Shown: positions 10,128 to 20,564, numbered from the stretch's first letter. The stretch is DNA of 64,000 nt from Nitrospiria bacterium (GCA_035517195.1 DATIZH010000007.1:41884-105883), one strand, 5' to 3'. The notes: generated by a model from the sequence alone, not told the origin. Numbers and translations are program-made.

Positions 10128-11168
10128 ATGCGACTGTTGGTGACCGGCGGCGCGGGTTTCATCGGAAGCCAGTTTGTCCGTTATGTGCTCGACCGATACC
10201 CCGACTACCGGATCGTCAATCTGGACAAGCTGACGTACGCCGGCAATCGGGAGAATCTTCACGAGGTTGCCCGCCACCCCAGGCATCGATTCGTCAAAGG
10301 AGACATCTGCAGCCGCCCTCTTGTGTTCCGACTGGCGGCGAAGGTTGATGTCATTGTGAATTTCGCGGCCGATACACATGTCGATCGTTCGATTACGAAC
10401 CCCGCCTCTTTTTTACACACCGACGTGGTGGGAACAGGCGTGTTGTTGGAGGCGGCCCGCCGTTTCTCGCATCAGCGTTACCTGCAAATTTCCACGGACG
10501 AGGTGTACGGCAGCATTGACCGGGGCCGTGCGGATGAGACCTCGCCCGTACGACCGGGGAACCCTTATTCGGCGGCCAAGGCAGGGGCAGATCTGCTGGT
10601 GCAGGCATACGGCGGAACCTACGGGCTCCCGGTCCTGATTTCTCGTTGCTGCAACAATTACGGTCCCTACCAGCATCCTGAAAAATTTATCCCCCTGTGT
10701 ATCACCAATGCCTTAGAGGGATTGCCTCTGCCTGTCTACGGCGACGGTCAGTACCGTCGGGATTGGATTCACGTCCTCGATCATTGCCGGGCCATCGATG
10801 TGGTGTTGCATCACGGAATTGGGGGGAATGTGTATAATATAGGAGGCGGGTCGGAACTGGCCAATGTGGATGTCGTTGAACGCATTGCAGCTGCCTTGAG
10901 GGTGCCGGCATCCGGGATTCATCATGTGACGGATCGGCCAGGCCATGACCGTCGGTATGCCGTAAACGATGAAAAGCTTCGAGCGTTGGGGTATCGACCG
11001 ATCACATCCTTTGAGTCGGGGTTGGCCGAGACGATACGGTGGTATCAGGAGCACAGAGGCTGGTGGAAGACCATCAGGGCTGGTGCGTTTCGTCGCTACT
11101 ATCGGCAGCGGTATTCCGGATTGACCCACGCATCAAAGCACGCGAGAATTTGTCATCGAAAAGGTTGA
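10128..11168 (+). CDS. rfbB: dTDP-glucose 4,6-dehydratase
   Basis: MRLLVTGGAGFIGSQF Rossmann start, YSAAKAGADLL (YxxxK), HPEKFIPL. Start moved from ORF-track 10047 to ATG 10128. Confidence 0.85.
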   Translation: MRLLVTGGAGFIGSQFVRYVLDRYPDYRIVNLDKLTYAGNRENLHEVARHPRHRFVKGDICSRPLVFRLAAKVDVIVNFAADTHVDRSITNPASFLHTDVVGTGVLLEAARRFSHQRYLQISTDEVYGSIDRGRADETSPVRPGNPYSAAKAGADLLVQAYGGTYGLPVLISRCCNNYGPYQHPEKFIPLCITNALEGLPLPVYGDGQYRRDWIHVLDHCRAIDVVLHHGIGGNVYNIGGGSELANVDVVERIAAALRVPASGIHHVTDRPGHDRRYAVNDEKLRALGYRPITSFESGLAETIRWYQEHRGWWKTIRAGAFRRYYRQRYSGLTHASKHARICHRKG

Positions 11169-11172
11169 GGTC

Positions 11173-12594
11173 ATGTCTTCAAACAGATTGAAAGTTAAGA
11201 ATAACAAAAGAGCTGGTCTGATGCCCAACAAGCCGAATACCACGCGTGGATCGGCGTTGGGGCGCCGGACGGGAGAGTGGGTTGCACGCCTGGCGAAGTT
11301 GATTCAAAGTCGCAAGGCGCACGTCGGCATAATCGGATTGGGCTATGTGGGGTTGCCGCTCGCCGTGGAATTGGCCAAGGCGGGCCTCCGCGTGACCGGC
11401 ATCGATATCGATGCGGAAAAAGTGAAGGCGATCAACTCCGGCCGATCGTACATCCAGGATGTGCCCTCCGCCGATGTGGCGAGGCTGGTCAGAGAGGGCC
11501 GGCTGGTGGCGACGGAGGATTTCAGCGCGCTGGCAGAGCTCGACACGGTGTCGATTTGCGTTCCCACGCCGTTGCGCAAGACCAAGGATCCCGATGTGTC
11601 GATGATCATGTCTGCCATGAAGGAGGTGGCGCGGCATCTGCACGCCGGGATGCTGATCGTATTGGAGAGCACCACCTACCCGGGGACGACGGAAGAAATG
11701 GTCCGGCCCGAGGTAGAACGGCAGGGGCTGTCGGTCGGCCGCGAGGTGTTTCTGGCCTTTTCGCCTGAGCGTGTTGATCCGGGCAACCCGACCTACCATA
11801 CGAAGAACACGCCGAAAATCATCGGAGGCTGCACGCCGACCTGCACGGAGCTTGCCGTGTCGCTTTATGCCCTGGCGGTCGACCGGGTCATCCCGGTCAG
11901 CTCCTCCCAGACGGCCGAAATGGTCAAGCTGCTGGAGAACACGTTTCGAGCGATCAACATCGGGCTGGCGAACGAAGTGGCGATCATGTGCGACCGACTT
12001 GGAGTCAATGTCTGGGAAGTGATCGACGCGGCGGCCACCAAACCCTTCGGGTTCATGCCCTTTTATCCGGGGCCGGGTCTGGGCGGCCACTGCATCCCGA
12101 TCGATCCACTTTATCTGTCATGGAAATTGAAGACCCTGGATTACAATGCCCGGTTCATCCAGCTGGCGAGCGAGATCAACACCCAGATGCCCCACTATGT
12201 CGTGGACAAAATCGCCGCGGCCCTCAATGACCGCCGGCAAAGCATCAACGGCGCCGGAATTCTGATTGTGGGCGTCAGTTACAAACGCGATGTGGAGGAT
12301 CTGCGCGAGTCACCGGCCTTGGACATTATCCGTTTACTCCGGCAGCGTGGCGCAACGGTCACCTATACCGATCCCTACAACGCCGAGTTGCGAATTGAAA
12401 GCCCGCAGGGGGAGTCGATTCTACGGTCGGTCGCCTTGCCGGAAGGCCTGGCCAAACAGGACTGCATCGTCATCGTGACCGACCATCGCGCCTTCAATTA
12501 TCAGCAAATCGTGGATCATTCGAGTCTTGTCCTTGACACTCGAAACGCGACCCGGGCCATCACTCGCGGCCGCGAAAAGGTGATCATGCTATGA
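11173..12594 (+). CDS. Nucleotide-sugar 6-dehydrogenase (UDP-glucose/GDP-mannose dehydrogenase family, TviB/WbpA-like)
   Basis: VGIIGLGYVGLPLAVELAKAGLRVTGIDID, GLGGHCIPIDP catalytic Cys motif. ATG 11221 is a possible alternative start. Confidence 0.75.
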   Translation: MSSNRLKVKNNKRAGLMPNKPNTTRGSALGRRTGEWVARLAKLIQSRKAHVGIIGLGYVGLPLAVELAKAGLRVTGIDIDAEKVKAINSGRSYIQDVPSADVARLVREGRLVATEDFSALAELDTVSICVPTPLRKTKDPDVSMIMSAMKEVARHLHAGMLIVLESTTYPGTTEEMVRPEVERQGLSVGREVFLAFSPERVDPGNPTYHTKNTPKIIGGCTPTCTELAVSLYALAVDRVIPVSSSQTAEMVKLLENTFRAINIGLANEVAIMCDRLGVNVWEVIDAAATKPFGFMPFYPGPGLGGHCIPIDPLYLSWKLKTLDYNARFIQLASEINTQMPHYVVDKIAAALNDRRQSINGAGILIVGVSYKRDVEDLRESPALDIIRLLRQRGATVTYTDPYNAELRIESPQGESILRSVALPEGLAKQDCIVIVTDHRAFNYQQIVDHSSLVLDTRNATRAITRGREKVIML

Positions 12595-13535
12595 CGGTCA
12601 ATTATCTCGTGACCGGGGGCGCCGGGTTCATTGGTTCCAGCATCGTCGCGGCCCTCGCTGCGCGCGGGGAGCGGGTGCGCGTGCTTGACGATTTCTCAAC
12701 CGGGAAGGAAGCCAACCTGACGCCGTATCGGGACCGGGTCGACCTCATCAGGGGCGATATCCGCGACGAGCGGGCCTGCGCAGCCGCCATGCGAGGGGTG
12801 CGGTTCGTCTTTCATCAGGCGGCGCTCCGGTCGGTGCCGCGATCTGTGGACGATCCATTGTCGACGGACGCGGTCAATGTTCACGGGTCGTTGGTGGTGC
12901 TGCAATCCGCTCGGATCGCCGGTGTTGAACGGCTTGTCTATGCCTCGTCCTCTTCGGTGTACGGCGACAATCCCGCCCTGCCCAAGGAGGAATCGATGAC
13001 CCCCTTGCCGCGGTCACCCTATGCGGTGAGCAAGCTGACGGCGGAATACTATTGCCGGGTCTACGCCCAGACGTTCGGATTGTCGACCGTCTCCCTCCGG
13101 TATTTCAATGTCTATGGACCCGGACAGGATCCGATGTCCCAATATGCGGCAGTCATCCCGCTGTTCATGGATGCGCTGCAACACGGGACTGCGGCGATCG
13201 TTCACGGCGACGGCGAACAGTCGAGGGATTTCACCTATATCGACGATTGTGTGCAGGCCAATCTGCTGGCATGCACCGCTCCGGACATTGACGGGGAGGT
13301 CTTTAACATTGCATATGGGGCCAAGACCAGCGTCAATCAAATCTACACCCAGTTGTCAACATTGATGGGCCGGAACATCTCTCCTCGCCATGAACCCCCG
13401 CGGGCTGGCGATGTGCGCCATACGCTGGCAGATCTGACCAAGGCTCGGGAGCGTCTCGGCTATCGGCCGACTACCGACATCGCCGTCGGCCTTGACAAGA
13501 CCGTTCGATGGTTTCTCAATCGCGTCGGGGGCTGA
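12591..13535 (+). CDS. NAD-dependent nucleotide-sugar epimerase (TviC/WbpP-like)
   Basis: YLVTGGAGFIGSSIV, YAVSKLTAEYY (YxxxK). ATGA overlap with the dehydrogenase gene. Confidence 0.7.
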   Translation: MTVNYLVTGGAGFIGSSIVAALAARGERVRVLDDFSTGKEANLTPYRDRVDLIRGDIRDERACAAAMRGVRFVFHQAALRSVPRSVDDPLSTDAVNVHGSLVVLQSARIAGVERLVYASSSSVYGDNPALPKEESMTPLPRSPYAVSKLTAEYYCRVYAQTFGLSTVSLRYFNVYGPGQDPMSQYAAVIPLFMDALQHGTAAIVHGDGEQSRDFTYIDDCVQANLLACTAPDIDGEVFNIAYGAKTSVNQIYTQLSTLMGRNISPRHEPPRAGDVRHTLADLTKARERLGYRPTTDIAVGLDKTVRWFLNRVGG

Positions 13536-14320
13536 GGCTCGTCGCATGGCTCGCGGCGATGGCCGCGCTGCTGCCGGGAACGGCCGGTTCGGCCTCGGTG
13601 ACGGCCATGCAACCTCCCAAGCCCCCGTTTGCCGAGCCGGAGCGTTTGCATTATTCGATCAGCTGGATCGGCATTCCGGTCGGGGAGAGCACGCTGGTCA
13701 GTCAGGGGATGGTCGACGAAGGGGGGAATGCGGTCTATCATTTCTCATCGACGGCCACGTCCAACCACGTGCTTCGGTTGCTGTATCCCGTTCGGACACG
13801 CATCGACAGCATTGTCGACCCCGAGCGCTTTCTGCCCATCCGGTATACCATGATGGGGCGCCAGGGATTCCAACGGCGCAACCGGGAATTGCAGTTCGAC
13901 CAGGACAATCACGTGGTCCAGGTTACGATGGATGGTGAACGCCGGAATTATCCCACCGTGGCGGCGGTGCAGGATCCCCTGTCCGCGCTGTACTTTTATC
14001 GAATGACCGCCACGATGCAGCCCGGTGAGGTGGTTCGCATACCCGTGCACGACCGCAAACGACCGAAGCAAATTGTCGTGACCGCGGGACCGGTGGAGAC
14101 GGTCAAGACCGACGCCGGCACGTTTCAGGCCTCCCGGTTGCATATCAAGCAGGAAGAAGAGGGCCTGTTTCTGCACGAAGGAGACATCACCGTCTGGATC
14201 ACCTCGGATGAACGGCGGCTGCCGGTTAGGTTGGAGGGACGAGTCGCCATCGGCACCGTATCTGCCGAGTTGGAAGACTATTCCGGCGCTCCGTCAACGC
14301 AGGCGCCACAACAACCCTGA
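13508..14320 (+). CDS. DUF3108-like secreted protein
   Basis: N-terminal signal-like LRLVAWLAAMAALLPGTAGSASV, YSISWIGIPVGESTL, and C-terminal WITSDERRLPVRLEGRVAIGTVSAELEDY as I recall for DUF3108. Confidence 0.5.
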   Translation: MVSQSRRGLRLVAWLAAMAALLPGTAGSASVTAMQPPKPPFAEPERLHYSISWIGIPVGESTLVSQGMVDEGGNAVYHFSSTATSNHVLRLLYPVRTRIDSIVDPERFLPIRYTMMGRQGFQRRNRELQFDQDNHVVQVTMDGERRNYPTVAAVQDPLSALYFYRMTATMQPGEVVRIPVHDRKRPKQIVVTAGPVETVKTDAGTFQASRLHIKQEEEGLFLHEGDITVWITSDERRLPVRLEGRVAIGTVSAELEDYSGAPSTQAPQQP

Positions 14321-15376
14321 TCCCACCATCACGAGCAGTCCATCGGCGAACCAGGCCGCAATGACCGGATGTAATATGGCCCGATTGCCGAGTGCCATGG
14401 TGTAAGCCTGGACGAGCGCGTACGCGATGCTGATCAGGATTGCCAGGCTGATTCCCTGAGCCAACTGAGGCCAGCGTCCCCCCCGCATCCCGAGCGGGAC
14501 CCCGATCATCACCATCAACAACGTCACGGCTGGAATTGCCAGTTTGGCGTAATAGTTAATTTCATATCTGGCGCTGTCCAACCCGGAGCGGCGAAGCTGT
14601 TCGATGTAATGCCACAGTTGTGTATTATCCAACTCGTCGGGATCGACCACCACCGACCGGAAATCGGCCGGCTCCTTGCCCAAATCGATGGGCGTCTGTT
14701 GGAGTGATTCGATCGCGACCGAACGGTCGGCCTGGAAACGCCACCGGGTCCCCTGCACAATAAACCAGCGTCCGTTTTTGAATTCGATGGAACCCGCCTC
14801 GATCAGCTCCACCAGATCGAACGATTCATCCATCCGGTAAAGGGTGACACCGTACAGGACGTCCAGAACGGGATGCACCAATTGAATATTCATGAGCCGG
14901 TCCCGATCCAATTGCAACCAGAGCCTGTTTTGTCCAAACAGGACCGATTCCTGCCTGCCGAGCAATTTGACATTTTTAATCCATTCGGACTGGCGGGTTG
15001 CCGCTGGGATCAGCGACCAGTTTGCCGCCATAAGCGAGCCGCTGATCACCACGCCGAATAGCAAAATGGGTGCGGCAATATAATGCGGCGAAAGTCCCAC
15101 GGTGCGCATCGCCAGCAATTCCCGCCGCTTGCTCATCAGGCCTAGGGCGACGATCGCCGCGATTAACGTCGTAATCGGAATGAGGATCAACAGTGTCTGG
15201 GGAAGATGAAGCAGCAGGAATGCCGTAAAATCATCGAAGGGCATTGATCGATCGGCATAGCGGCGCAGACGGGTGAAGATCTCGATGATCTGCGACACCA
15301 ATAACAATGCACCGAAGGTCAGTCCCCAGATTCGCAGGAACTCCTTGCTAATGTGGCGATGCAGCAATGACATCAT
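14294..15376 (-). CDS. lptG: LPS export ABC transporter permease (YjgP/YjgQ family)
   Basis: MMSLLHRHISKEFLRIWGLTFGALLL start 2 nt after the lptF stop. Multi-pass membrane profile. ORF-track start 15499 overlaps lptF and was rejected. Confidence 0.75.
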   Translation of the reverse strand: MMSLLHRHISKEFLRIWGLTFGALLLVSQIIEIFTRLRRYADRSMPFDDFTAFLLLHLPQTLLILIPITTLIAAIVALGLMSKRRELLAMRTVGLSPHYIAAPILLFGVVISGSLMAANWSLIPAATRQSEWIKNVKLLGRQESVLFGQNRLWLQLDRDRLMNIQLVHPVLDVLYGVTLYRMDESFDLVELIEAGSIEFKNGRWFIVQGTRWRFQADRSVAIESLQQTPIDLGKEPADFRSVVVDPDELDNTQLWHYIEQLRRSGLDSARYEINYYAKLAIPAVTLLMVMIGVPLGMRGGRWPQLAQGISLAILISIAYALVQAYTMALGNRAILHPVIAAWFADGLLVMVGSGLLWRLR

Positions 15377-15378
15377 TG

Positions 15379-16515
15379 TCAGGAGGAGGGAGCCGGCGGC
15401 CGTGAATGTGGCCGAAACATGCCGGCGTGAAATCGTCTCGATAGGAACCGTGTGAAAAATGCAAGCGTCACCAGCAGGAGGAGGCCGTTGGGCAGCCATG
15501 CCGCCGCGAGGAAATGCAGTCGACGCGTTTCGGCAAATGAGGTGGACGCCGTCATCAGCAGATAGTATCCCACGAGGACGACGAGCCCTGCCGCGAAGCC
15601 GCCGAGCCGTCCCCCGCGGCTGGCCAAAAGTCCGAGCGGAAAACCGAGGATGGCAAGCAGGACGCAGGCAATGGGAAGCGCGTGGTAGGTGTGGTACGTG
15701 ACAAGCTGATCCAACAAGTCAACGTCCGTATTACCGCCACGCGCATATTCGCGCATGACCTCGCCAATGGACGGGGCGGCGGACGGCGACCGCGTCATGC
15801 CCGTTACATCGAACCCTCTAGTGTAGCTGTCAAAGACGATCCGTTGGTAGGGGGCGTCGGGCTCCGGCCTTCGATGCAGGCTTCCGTGTTGCAGGGTCAG
15901 CTCCAATCTCCGGGTGGCCGCATCTCGATGAAAGCGCCCCTGCTGCGCAACCACAAACTGCGTCTGATCCGCGTTGCGATAATCAAACACAAACACGCCG
16001 TTGAGCTGGCCGGGCTGATCACTATGGGCGACGTAGAGAATCAAACCGTTCTGCAACGGCTGAAATTGCCCTTCCCTGATAATGAGCGCCGCCTGTTCCT
16101 GAGACAGCAGGGTGATCGCCGCGGATTTCATTGACGCTCCACTGATCGGTTCGCCAGTATGCAGGAGGAGCGTGCTAGTGAGGGCGACGCATCCTGCGAA
16201 GAGCACAACGGGGCGGAGGAGACGCCACGGTGAAATCCCGACCGTAAACCACGCCAGCACCTCCCGGTCGCCAGCGAGCCGGCTGAATGCCGAGGTGGAG
16301 GCGATCAACGTTCCGACAGGGAGGGCCAGCAGCAGCATCAGTGGAAGCAGCGCCAGAAAGAGCCGCAGCACCGTACGCGCGGGGACGCCCCGGTTGACGA
16401 TCCAATCCAGGAACAGCAGTCCCTGCTGCATGACAAGGAACAACAGAAACACACCCAAGGTAAGACAGAAGGGAAGGATCAACTCGGTGGCGATGTACCG
16501 ATCAATTTTGGCCAT
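15379..16515 (-). CDS. lptF: LPS export ABC transporter permease (YjgP/YjgQ family)
   Basis: MAKIDRYIATELILPFCLTLGVFLLFLV typical N-terminus. Paired with the downstream paralog. Confidence 0.75.
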   Translation of the reverse strand: MAKIDRYIATELILPFCLTLGVFLLFLVMQQGLLFLDWIVNRGVPARTVLRLFLALLPLMLLLALPVGTLIASTSAFSRLAGDREVLAWFTVGISPWRLLRPVVLFAGCVALTSTLLLHTGEPISGASMKSAAITLLSQEQAALIIREGQFQPLQNGLILYVAHSDQPGQLNGVFVFDYRNADQTQFVVAQQGRFHRDAATRRLELTLQHGSLHRRPEPDAPYQRIVFDSYTRGFDVTGMTRSPSAAPSIGEVMREYARGGNTDVDLLDQLVTYHTYHALPIACVLLAILGFPLGLLASRGGRLGGFAAGLVVLVGYYLLMTASTSFAETRRLHFLAAAWLPNGLLLLVTLAFFTRFLSRRFHAGMFRPHSRPPAPSS

Positions 16516-16635
16516 CGGCCCACTATAACGAAATCATCCAGACATGTAAACACGCGGGACGTCCGTCGGCTCCTTCGACGGATTCTGGCAACCAAAAACA
16601 CCTGATTTTCCATCGAGTTCTCGCCCCTGCTTTCC

Positions 16636-16664
16636 TTGACAGCCTCTGGGTCCTATGCTACGGT
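16636..16664 (+). promoter_or_regulatory. Putative sigma70-type promoter for the TPR/ExeA operon
   Basis: TTGACA (16636-16641), 17-nt spacer, TACGGT (16659-16664), in the divergent lptF/TPR intergenic region. Confidence 0.35.
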
Positions 16665-16702
16665 GAATCGACGACATCTGCACCTTGCAGAAGGGAATTT
16701 TT

Positions 16703-19700
16703 GTGGCCGTCGACCGAAGCACCCTCATACAAAACGCCCAGCGCTTCACGGCCAGGGGCCAGATTGACAAGGCGATCGAGGAATGGCAGAAACTTGTCAG
16801 TCAGACCCCCCAGGACGGCAATCTGTACAACACGATCGGCGACCTGTACCTGAAAAAGAACGACAACCATCACGCGGTTGAAACGTTCTTGCTGGCCGCA
16901 GCCGCATTCGAGCGGGCCGGGTTTGCACTCAAGACGATCGCCGTGTACAAGAAAATCCTCAAAGTCGATCCCTCCAATCTTGAAGTCAATCTCAAGCTGG
17001 CCGACCTCAACGCGGATCGCGGACTGACGGGGAACGCCATCGAAGACTACCTGAAGGTCGCCAAGGAGTTTGGTCGGGCGGGCAAGGTTCATCAGGCGCT
17101 GGATATTTACAGGAAGATCGCCAATTTCGATCCCAGCAACATCAATATCCATTTAAAGCTCGCGGAACTGAGTCTTCGGGAGAAACTGACTGACGAGGCG
17201 ATCGACGAATATACAAAAATCGCCAAAATTTACGAGCAAAACGGCCGGTCCGCCGATGCGGCCGGCATGTACAAAAAGATTCTTGACATTAATCCGAAAC
17301 ATGAAGCGGCCAGGGAGGCCCTCAAGTTGTCAGGGCCCAAGGAGGCCCTTAAAGAGCCCGCGCCCAAGGGGACCCTCAAGGAATCGGCGCCCACCGCGGC
17401 GCCGGTGCTGCCGACCATCAAGGAGATCGAGGACGCCATTGCATCAGAAGATTGGGATCTGGCTGGTCAAAAGGCCAGCGCCCTCCTGCTGCATGAGCCG
17501 TCCAATATGACGCTTCGGTGGCTGCGCGGCAAGGTCCTGCTCCACAACGGCCATCGAAAAGCTGCGTGGGACGACTACCGCGCGATCGTCGATGAGGCGA
17601 TGCGCGCCAGACGAGTCGACGAGGCGATTACGCTTGTGCGGGAATATATCGGGCAGGCGCCCGATCAGCGGGAAGCGGTCGAGTGGTTGGCGTCCCAGTA
17701 TGAGGAGAGGAAGCAGGTTCCGGAGGCCGTCCAGACCCTCGCGACGCTGATTGAACTCATGGATCGTGAAGGCGTCCACGAGTCTGAAGTCAAAGAGTGC
17801 TTCCTGAAGATGAAGGCGCTCGATCCGGCGGGTGAAATGACCGGCCGCTATATGGCGAGATTCGAACCGCCGCCCGTTCAGGAGGCGGTGGAGCCTGTGG
17901 TGGCGGGCCCCGTCCAGGTTGAGCCCGGGACCTCAGACCCCAGAGGCACCGAAGTCGACCGACTTGATGATGCCGGGTCAGCCCCCGTTGAAGCAGGGCA
18001 AGCGGCTGGGGAGGCTCCGGTCACAGGGGAGGTGTCGGACGGCAATAAGGATGGGTGGTCCGATGCTCTTGCACATATCCTCCCCGGATCGCTGCCTGCC
18101 GAGCCGGTTCCGGATGAGGGAGAGCTTCCGGCCGTGGAAGACGCGCCCCCGGCACCCGTGGAATCGTCCAAATCAAGCCGTTCGCACTCCGTGTCTCATT
18201 CGGTCAGCCATCGCGCCGCGGCCACGCCGGACAAATTATCCGCGAACGCGCCACCCAGCCGCGAGGCATCACAGAGTCAGAGTCAAGAACGGTCGGCCCC
18301 CTCGATCAGTCACCGTGCCGCAGCCGAGCCGGTGAAACCGGCCGCGCGTCCGCCGCACCGCGCCGAGGCGTCACAGAGCCAGAGTCGGGAGCCGTCGGCC
18401 CCGCCCAAGCAAAAGAAGCGGGTCCGCCCCAGGGATTTACAGGATTATTTTGCCGAGGCCGAAGTGTATTTGAAATACGGTCTGGCCGCCAAGGCGATCG
18501 AACAGTACGATTTGATTCTCTCCATTGACCCCAACAATATCGAGGCCCATTCCAAACTGAGCGAGTTATATCAGTTGGAGGGTAGAACGGAGGAGGCGGT
18601 CACCCACTGCGTGGCACTGGCTCAGGTCTATCTCGCCGGGGGCCAACGCGACGCCGCAGAACAAATCTGGGGGGAAGCACGGGAATTGAGTCCGGACGAT
18701 CCCCGGCTGCAGGGCGGGATCACGGATCATGACGCGCCCGCCACACCTCACGCGACACAGCACGAAGACGACCAGTTGCCCCAGGAAGAGACCATTCAGC
18801 GGCCCAAACACGATCTCCAGGAATGGCTTGCCGAAGCGGAATTTTACCTTCAGCAGGGACTGCAGGAGCAGGCCCACGAATTGTTTGAAACCATCCGGCA
18901 GCATTATCCCGATGCTCCTGAAATTCAGGCCTATTTCAGCGCGCCACATCAATCGGTACAAGGCGGCGCCCGCGCTTCGGCAGCCAAAGGAATGAGTGAG
19001 GTAGCCGATGAACCGGAGCGGTCATCCGGCGACGACCCGCCGAGTGAAAACGACGCATCGCTCAGCAAGCAGCTGGCGGATTTGTTTCCGGGGGCGTTCC
19101 GAGGAATGACGGATGAGATTCCACAGAACGCCGCGGACCGTCTGACGGCTTCGGTCGAGGGTGTGATCAAGGCAGTGGAGCAGGGGGGGCAGCCGTTGCC
19201 CCCGGAGGGTCCGGACCCGCATTACAGTCTTGGACTGGCGTACAAGGAAATGGGCCTCTATTCGGAAGCGCGCAAGGAGTTTGAACAGGCGTTGTCGGTG
19301 CCGACCTGTCGCATTGACGCGGCCCTGATGATTGCCGCATGCCACGGTGCGGAGGGACAGTCGAAGCTGGCCGTCCGTCACCTGCAACAGTTCCTGGATG
19401 CCTTGAATCACGATGATCCCAAGTGGGCGGAGGTGGCCTATGAAACGGCGCGCATGTACGCCGATACCGGTGAACCGGACAAGGCCGTGACCTTGCTTCA
19501 ATCCGTGATCCGCACCAACTCTGCGCACGAACAGGCCGCGAGCCTACTGAAAACGTTGCAAAAGCCCTCACCATCGAACGGCTCTCAAGAGAGGGAGCGG
19601 AGCCAACCGTCGCCTTCAGTGAAGGCGGCGCCCGAGGATCGGGGACATCGTTCAGACGACCCGGCGGACAAGGCAGGGGAGCCAAAGAACGATAAGAACA

Positions 19701-19726
19701 AACGACGCCGGATTTCGTACGTCTAA
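16703..19726 (+). CDS. Large TPR-repeat protein with a central low-complexity Pro/Ser/Ala/His-rich linker
   Basis: Many TPR units (e.g. GNLYNTIGDLYLKKNDNHHAVETFLLAAAAFERAGFALKTIAVYKKILKVDPSN). GTG 16703 is preceded by GAAGGGA. TTG 16685 is the ORF-track alternative. Confidence 0.8.
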   Translation: MAVDRSTLIQNAQRFTARGQIDKAIEEWQKLVSQTPQDGNLYNTIGDLYLKKNDNHHAVETFLLAAAAFERAGFALKTIAVYKKILKVDPSNLEVNLKLADLNADRGLTGNAIEDYLKVAKEFGRAGKVHQALDIYRKIANFDPSNINIHLKLAELSLREKLTDEAIDEYTKIAKIYEQNGRSADAAGMYKKILDINPKHEAAREALKLSGPKEALKEPAPKGTLKESAPTAAPVLPTIKEIEDAIASEDWDLAGQKASALLLHEPSNMTLRWLRGKVLLHNGHRKAAWDDYRAIVDEAMRARRVDEAITLVREYIGQAPDQREAVEWLASQYEERKQVPEAVQTLATLIELMDREGVHESEVKECFLKMKALDPAGEMTGRYMARFEPPPVQEAVEPVVAGPVQVEPGTSDPRGTEVDRLDDAGSAPVEAGQAAGEAPVTGEVSDGNKDGWSDALAHILPGSLPAEPVPDEGELPAVEDAPPAPVESSKSSRSHSVSHSVSHRAAATPDKLSANAPPSREASQSQSQERSAPSISHRAAAEPVKPAARPPHRAEASQSQSREPSAPPKQKKRVRPRDLQDYFAEAEVYLKYGLAAKAIEQYDLILSIDPNNIEAHSKLSELYQLEGRTEEAVTHCVALAQVYLAGGQRDAAEQIWGEARELSPDDPRLQGGITDHDAPATPHATQHEDDQLPQEETIQRPKHDLQEWLAEAEFYLQQGLQEQAHELFETIRQHYPDAPEIQAYFSAPHQSVQGGARASAAKGMSEVADEPERSSGDDPPSENDASLSKQLADLFPGAFRGMTDEIPQNAADRLTASVEGVIKAVEQGGQPLPPEGPDPHYSLGLAYKEMGLYSEARKEFEQALSVPTCRIDAALMIAACHGAEGQSKLAVRHLQQFLDALNHDDPKWAEVAYETARMYADTGEPDKAVTLLQSVIRTNSAHEQAASLLKTLQKPSPSNGSQERERSQPSPSVKAAPEDRGHRSDDPADKAGEPKNDKNKRRRISYV
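18206..18409 (+). repeat. Two imperfect 102-bp (34-codon) tandem repeats inside the TPR gene
   Basis: Unit 1 SHRAAATPDKLSANAPPSREASQSQSQERSAPSI. Unit 2 SHRAAAEPVKPAARPPHRAEASQSQSREPSAPPK. Preceded by SHSVSHSVSH. Confidence 0.8.
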
Positions 19727-19736
19727 TGGAGGGATC

Positions 19737-20564
19737 ATGGACTACTTGGAATTCTATCGTCTGAAGGAACAGCCCTTTTCAATCGCGGTCGATAATCGGT
19801 TTTATTACAACAGCAGCCAGCACAGTGAAGCGCTGATCCGGTTACGATATGCGGCGGACACCCAAAAAGGACTGGCAGTGCTGGTCGGCGACGTCGGGAC
19901 GGGGAAAACGACGCTGGCCCGCCGGCTGCTGGATGAGTTGGATGAACGGTACTTCCACGCCGCATTGCTGGTCGTACTGCACGCCTCGGTGACAGCGGAG
20001 TGGCTGGTCCGCAAAATCGCCATGCAATTGGGCGTCGAGAAACCGGCCGATGATAAAACCGAATTATTATCTCAATTGTACCAGCGTTTGGTCGAGCTCC
20101 ACGATCAAAAGAAGAAGGCGGTGGTGCTCATCGATGAAGCGCAGATGCTGGGCAACAAGGCGCTGATGGAGGAACTCCGAGGCATCCTGAATATCGAAGT
20201 GGATAATCAGAAGCTGTTGACATTCATCCTGTTTGGCCTACAGGAGTTGGATAGCTGCCTCTCACTCGATGGGCCGCTGCGCCAACGGGTGGCGATCCGG
20301 TATGAGCTGACCTCGTTTACGCAGGCCACGACGGAGGATTACATCCGGTACCGGTTGCAGGTCGCCGGGGCGACCCGCGAGTTATTCAATGCCCCCGCCC
20401 TGGCCACGGTGTTCGAGTATTCCCGCGGCGTGCCGCGATTGATCAATACCATCTGTGACAATGCCCTGCTGGAAGGCTTCTTGCGAAAAAAGGAGCAATT
20501 GGAGCCGGATTTGGTCCGAGACGTGGCGTTTGATCTGAAACTGTCCCAGGCGGTCAGCGCTTGA
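19737..20564 (+). CDS. ExeA/GspA/MshM-like AAA+ ATPase (paralog 1)
   Basis: MDYLEFYRLKEQPF..., Walker A GDVGTGKTT, Walker B VVLIDEAQ, GVPRLINTICDNALL. GGAGGG Shine-Dalgarno upstream. Confidence 0.8.
   Translation: MDYLEFYRLKEQPFSIAVDNRFYYNSSQHSEALIRLRYAADTQKGLAVLVGDVGTGKTTLARRLLDELDERYFHAALLVVLHASVTAEWLVRKIAMQLGVEKPADDKTELLSQLYQRLVELHDQKKKAVVLIDEAQMLGNKALMEELRGILNIEVDNQKLLTFILFGLQELDSCLSLDGPLRQRVAIRYELTSFTQATTEDYIRYRLQVAGATRELFNAPALATVFEYSRGVPRLINTICDNALLEGFLRKKEQLEPDLVRDVAFDLKLSQAVSA

Noticed and set aside
8480-11168. Complete dTDP-L-rhamnose pathway (rmlABCD)
   Set aside because: No rmlD (dTDP-4-dehydrorhamnose reductase) is present in the window, and the rmlC-like gene is a short atypical cupin. 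The end product may be another dTDP-6-deoxyhexose, so no rhamnose claim is made.
11179-12090. 303-aa antisense ORF opposite the sugar dehydrogenase gene
   Set aside because: The sequence is Arg/Gly/Pro-rich and low-complexity, as expected for the antisense frame of a GC-rich gene. The sense-strand protein has strong family motifs.
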